From assembly GCA_009914755.4 (NCBI GenBank), contig CP068257.2, positions 5,728,001 to 5,792,000 on the forward strand: 64,000 nt of DNA, read 5' to 3'. Every line of letters begins with the position of its first letter. The first letter of the stretch is position 1. A program made the translations under genes and the position numbers. The DNA comes from the human T2T-CHM13v2.0 reference genome, Homo sapiens. Positions 60,490-64,000 of the stretch are shown here, one piece after another. Under the pieces are notes generated by a model that saw only the letters and a list, made by a program, of their open reading frames with translations, was not told where the DNA came from and did not search any database.

Positions 60490-61100
60490 ATTTCTCCAAA
60501 GAAAATATCCAAATTACCAACAGGTACATGAAAAAAATGCTCAGCATCACTAATCATCAGGGAAATGCAAATCAAAACCACAAAGAGATATTGCCTCAAG
60601 CCTGTTAGAATGGTCTGATTAAAAGAAAAAGATAACGAGTGTTAACAATGGGGAGAAATTGGAACACTTGTACAGTGTTTCTGGGAAAGTAAAACTGTGC
60701 AGCCTCTATGGAAAACAGTACAGTTGTTCCTCAAAAAAATTAAGAAAGTAGAACTACCATATGATCTAGCAATCTCACTTCAGGTTATTTATCTGAAAGA
60801 ATTGAGATTGGGATGATTCTCAGGCTCATTGCAGCATTATTTACACTAATCAAAATGTGGAAATAAGGTTAATGTTTATTGGCAGATGAATAGATAAAGA
60901 AAATGTGGTATATTCATACAACGGAATATTATTCAGCTTTAAAACAAGAAAATCCGGCAATATGCAACATGGATGAACCTAGAGGACATTAATGCTACGT
61001 AAAGTAAATCAGTCACAGAAGGACAAACTGTATGATTCCACTTGTATAAAGTATCTAAGATAGCCAAATTAATTAGAATCACAGATTAGAATGGTGATAG
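60490..61100 (+). mobile_element. Old L1 LINE fragment (ORF2 C-terminus + part of 3'UTR)
   Basis: …MLSITNHQGNANQNHKEILPQAC.NGLIKRK…[32 protein letters not shown]… = degenerate L1 ORF2 (…[28 protein letters not shown]…). Confidence 0.7.
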
Positions 61101-62435
61101 CCCTTTAAGTTGAAATCAATTTTACATTCCTGGGTTTTGTAGTTTTGCTATCAGGATTCTGACTCATAAAACAAGTTTGGAATTCCCCCCTTCTTCTGAA
61201 ATAATTTAAAAATTTTATTTTTTTAAAACGTTTGAAAGAATTCACCAGCAAAACTCTTTGGATGTGGAGTTTGCTTATTTTTTTATTTCTTTAGTTTTAT
61301 GTTTTTATGTGCAGGTATTTGACAATTTAATTACTTTAATAAATGTCAATTACTTCATATATTCCATTTAATCTTGTGAAATTTTTTATAAGTTTCTTTT
61401 CAAGGAATTCACCCTTTCATCCAAGTAATGAAAATTAGTATAAAATGTTTCACAATATTCTATTATCTTGTTAATGTCTCTTGTGTCTACAACTGTACAA
61501 TCTCATTAATCCCTGATATTTATAATTTGCGTTTTCTTTCTTTCTCACAGAACTAACTTTTGGCCATGTTAATTTTCTCCTGTGTCTGTTTTCTGTCTCA
61601 TTGATTTCTAATTTCTGTTTTATTTTCTTTCTTCTACTTGTTTTGGACTTAATTTGTTCTCTTGTTTTAGATTTTCTTTTTAAGGTAGAAAATTAGTGCA
61701 CTTGTTTTGAACTTCTCTTTTTTAGAATAAGCATTTATACAAAAAATTTACTCTGGGTCTGCTTAACTTATCCCACATATTTTGATATAGTATATTTTTA
61801 TTTGTATTCAGTTCAATGTATTTTAAGGTGTTTCTTATGATTTCTTCCTTGAGCTAAAGGGCATTTTAAGGTGTATTTAAATCTTCCAATAGTGTAGACT
61901 TTCCTGGGTAGCTTGTTTTCACCCATTTCAACTCATTTTCATTATGGTCAGAAAGTATACTTTCTATGATTACAGTGTTTTGAAACTTCTTGACAGATAT
62001 TTTGTGGTCTATAGCCTATTGATAAATGTTTCATGTGTAGCATAATAGAACATATATTCTATTTTCTTGGTCAATATCGATTAGGTCAGGGTGTTGTCAA
62101 AATTATTTTACCTTAACTTTCTTTAGTTATTCTATCAGCAATACAGCATTATGTCTTCATAATTACTTGACATTTTATCATTATGAAATAGCTTTCTGTT
62201 GTAATATTGCTTGTTTGGAGGTCTACTTTTTCTTATATTAATATAGCCACATAAGATTTCTTGTGCTTGTTGTTTCCTTGGTATACTTGGAAATTATTTA
62301 ACTCTCAACTTATCTATACCATAATATTTGGCATGCATCTCTTATAGGTACTTTTATTATATAGTTGGACAATCTGTGTTTTATTTGGAGTATTTAAATT
62401 ACATTTGAAATAATTATTGATAAGGTTGGAGTTAA

Positions 62436-62746
<311 letters not shown>

Positions 62747-64000
62747 TATTTTGCTCTTATCTTCTATTTGTTCCATCATTTTTTGCTCCTCTGTTCTTTC
62801 TTTCATGCCTTTTTATATTAACTGAACAATATTCAGCGTTCCATTTTAATTCCTTTATTGGCATTTTAGAAGAATATCTTCATATAATGTGGTGGTTCTC
62901 TAGGGATTGTAATAAACATCCTGGGCTTATCGCAGTCCACTTACTGTTAATAGTCAACGTTTTCATGGAACATAAAGAAAAGTTGTGGCAAAATTGTTGC
63001 GTTTAGTCTCCTGTCAGAGCTATTAATTTAGAATATTTTACTCTACATACGTTATCAATAGTACTCTTAATTTTTTATTTAAACCATCAGTTGTTTGTTA
63101 TAAAACTAAAAGAAAAAAGCCTTAGTTTTTCCTGTTTATGCACATGCCATTCCTAGAGCTTCTCCTTACTTCCTGTAGGTCAGAATTTCCATCTGTTGTT
63201 ATCTTTCTTTAGTCTAAAAAATTTCCGTTTGCATTTCTTGTATCTAGGTCTGCTAATGACAATTGTTCGAAGCTTTCTTTTATCTGAATAAATCTTTATT
63301 TTCTCAAGAATTACTTTTTCTAGTTATAGAATTTGGAGCTGACAGTTTTTTTTTTATTTTGAAGATGTAGTTTCATTGCTTTTTAAAGTGTCATTTCTGA
63401 TGACAGGTAGATGACCTATTTGTTTCCACGTATGTAAATTATTTTCTCCCTCCCTTTAGCTACTTTCAAGATTTACTCTTTTTTTGCCCAGTGTTTTGAC
63501 TATGGTATGTCTACATTTGGTTCTGTATATTTTTATTCTGTTCTTTGAGTTTCTTAAACCTGTAAGTTGATATATGCTGACAATTAGGAAAACTTTTGGT
63601 CTTTACTTTTTCAAATAGCTTTTTCTGTCTCATTTTCTTCTCTACTCTTTCTAGGAGTCCAATTATATTAGTGCTAGACTGGTCATATTTTTATTATTTT
63701 TCTCCTTTGTATTAGCTGTATTGGGAAATTGTTCTTGATCTGTTTTTAAGTGCACTGATAGTTTTTTCTGCCATCTTTAATTTACTGGTATGTGCATAAA
63801 ATGACACTTTTATATAAGATATTCTGTCTCTCAGTTCTAAAATTTGTCCTATTATCCCTTTATCATTTTTACTTCTCTGTTGAGATTCTCCATATATTCT
63901 CTCTTATGACCATCTATTCCTTAAATCCTTGAATATGCTTATAATAGCTTATTTTAAATTTCTCATCTTCTAATTCCAGCATGTGGGCCATTTCAATGTC

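Overview
This 64 kb window is eukaryotic, almost certainly human or primate, intergenic or intronic DNA. It is not prokaryotic and not a compact gene system. I found no operons, no CRISPR array, no rRNA or tRNA genes, and no convincing cellular protein-coding exon.

About 35 Alu SINEs in both orientations make up roughly 16% of the window. Nearly all of the 'Alu-flavoured' ORFs in the six-frame track ([14 protein letters not shown]..., PSSWDYR..., [14 protein letters not shown]...) come from these elements.

The rest is mostly nested retroelements:
- Several L1 LINE fragments, including a near full-length L1PA-like copy on the minus strand at about 34.3-39.6 kb, with ORF1 and ORF2 remnants.
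- A structurally complete LTR retroelement at 14537-22148. It has a 4-bp target-site duplication, a tRNA-Leu primer-binding site and a polypurine tract, which suggests a class III ERV-L-like element. Its interior is non-coding.
- A rearranged beta-retrovirus-like HERV-K(HML)-type provirus on the minus strand at about 46.7-52.6 kb. It carries a tRNA-Lys primer-binding site, recognisable gag, protease, dUTPase, RT, RNaseH and integrase remnants, and a ~2.1 kb internal duplication of gag.
- MaLR-type LTRs, another LTR family present twice in opposite orientation, and a retroviral env-like remnant.
- Several minisatellites and microsatellites.

The only candidate host regulatory feature is a ~600 bp CpG island at about 25.64-26.22 kb. 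It has a classic TATA-less housekeeping-promoter motif cluster: an NRF1 palindrome, an ETS site, a YY1-like site and an Sp1 GC-box.

The right-hand third (about 53.5-64 kb) is AT-rich and Alu-poor. The left two-thirds are Alu-dense.

All coordinates for repeats are approximate, within about 10 bp. Family assignments come from hand alignment to remembered consensus sequences, not from database searches.
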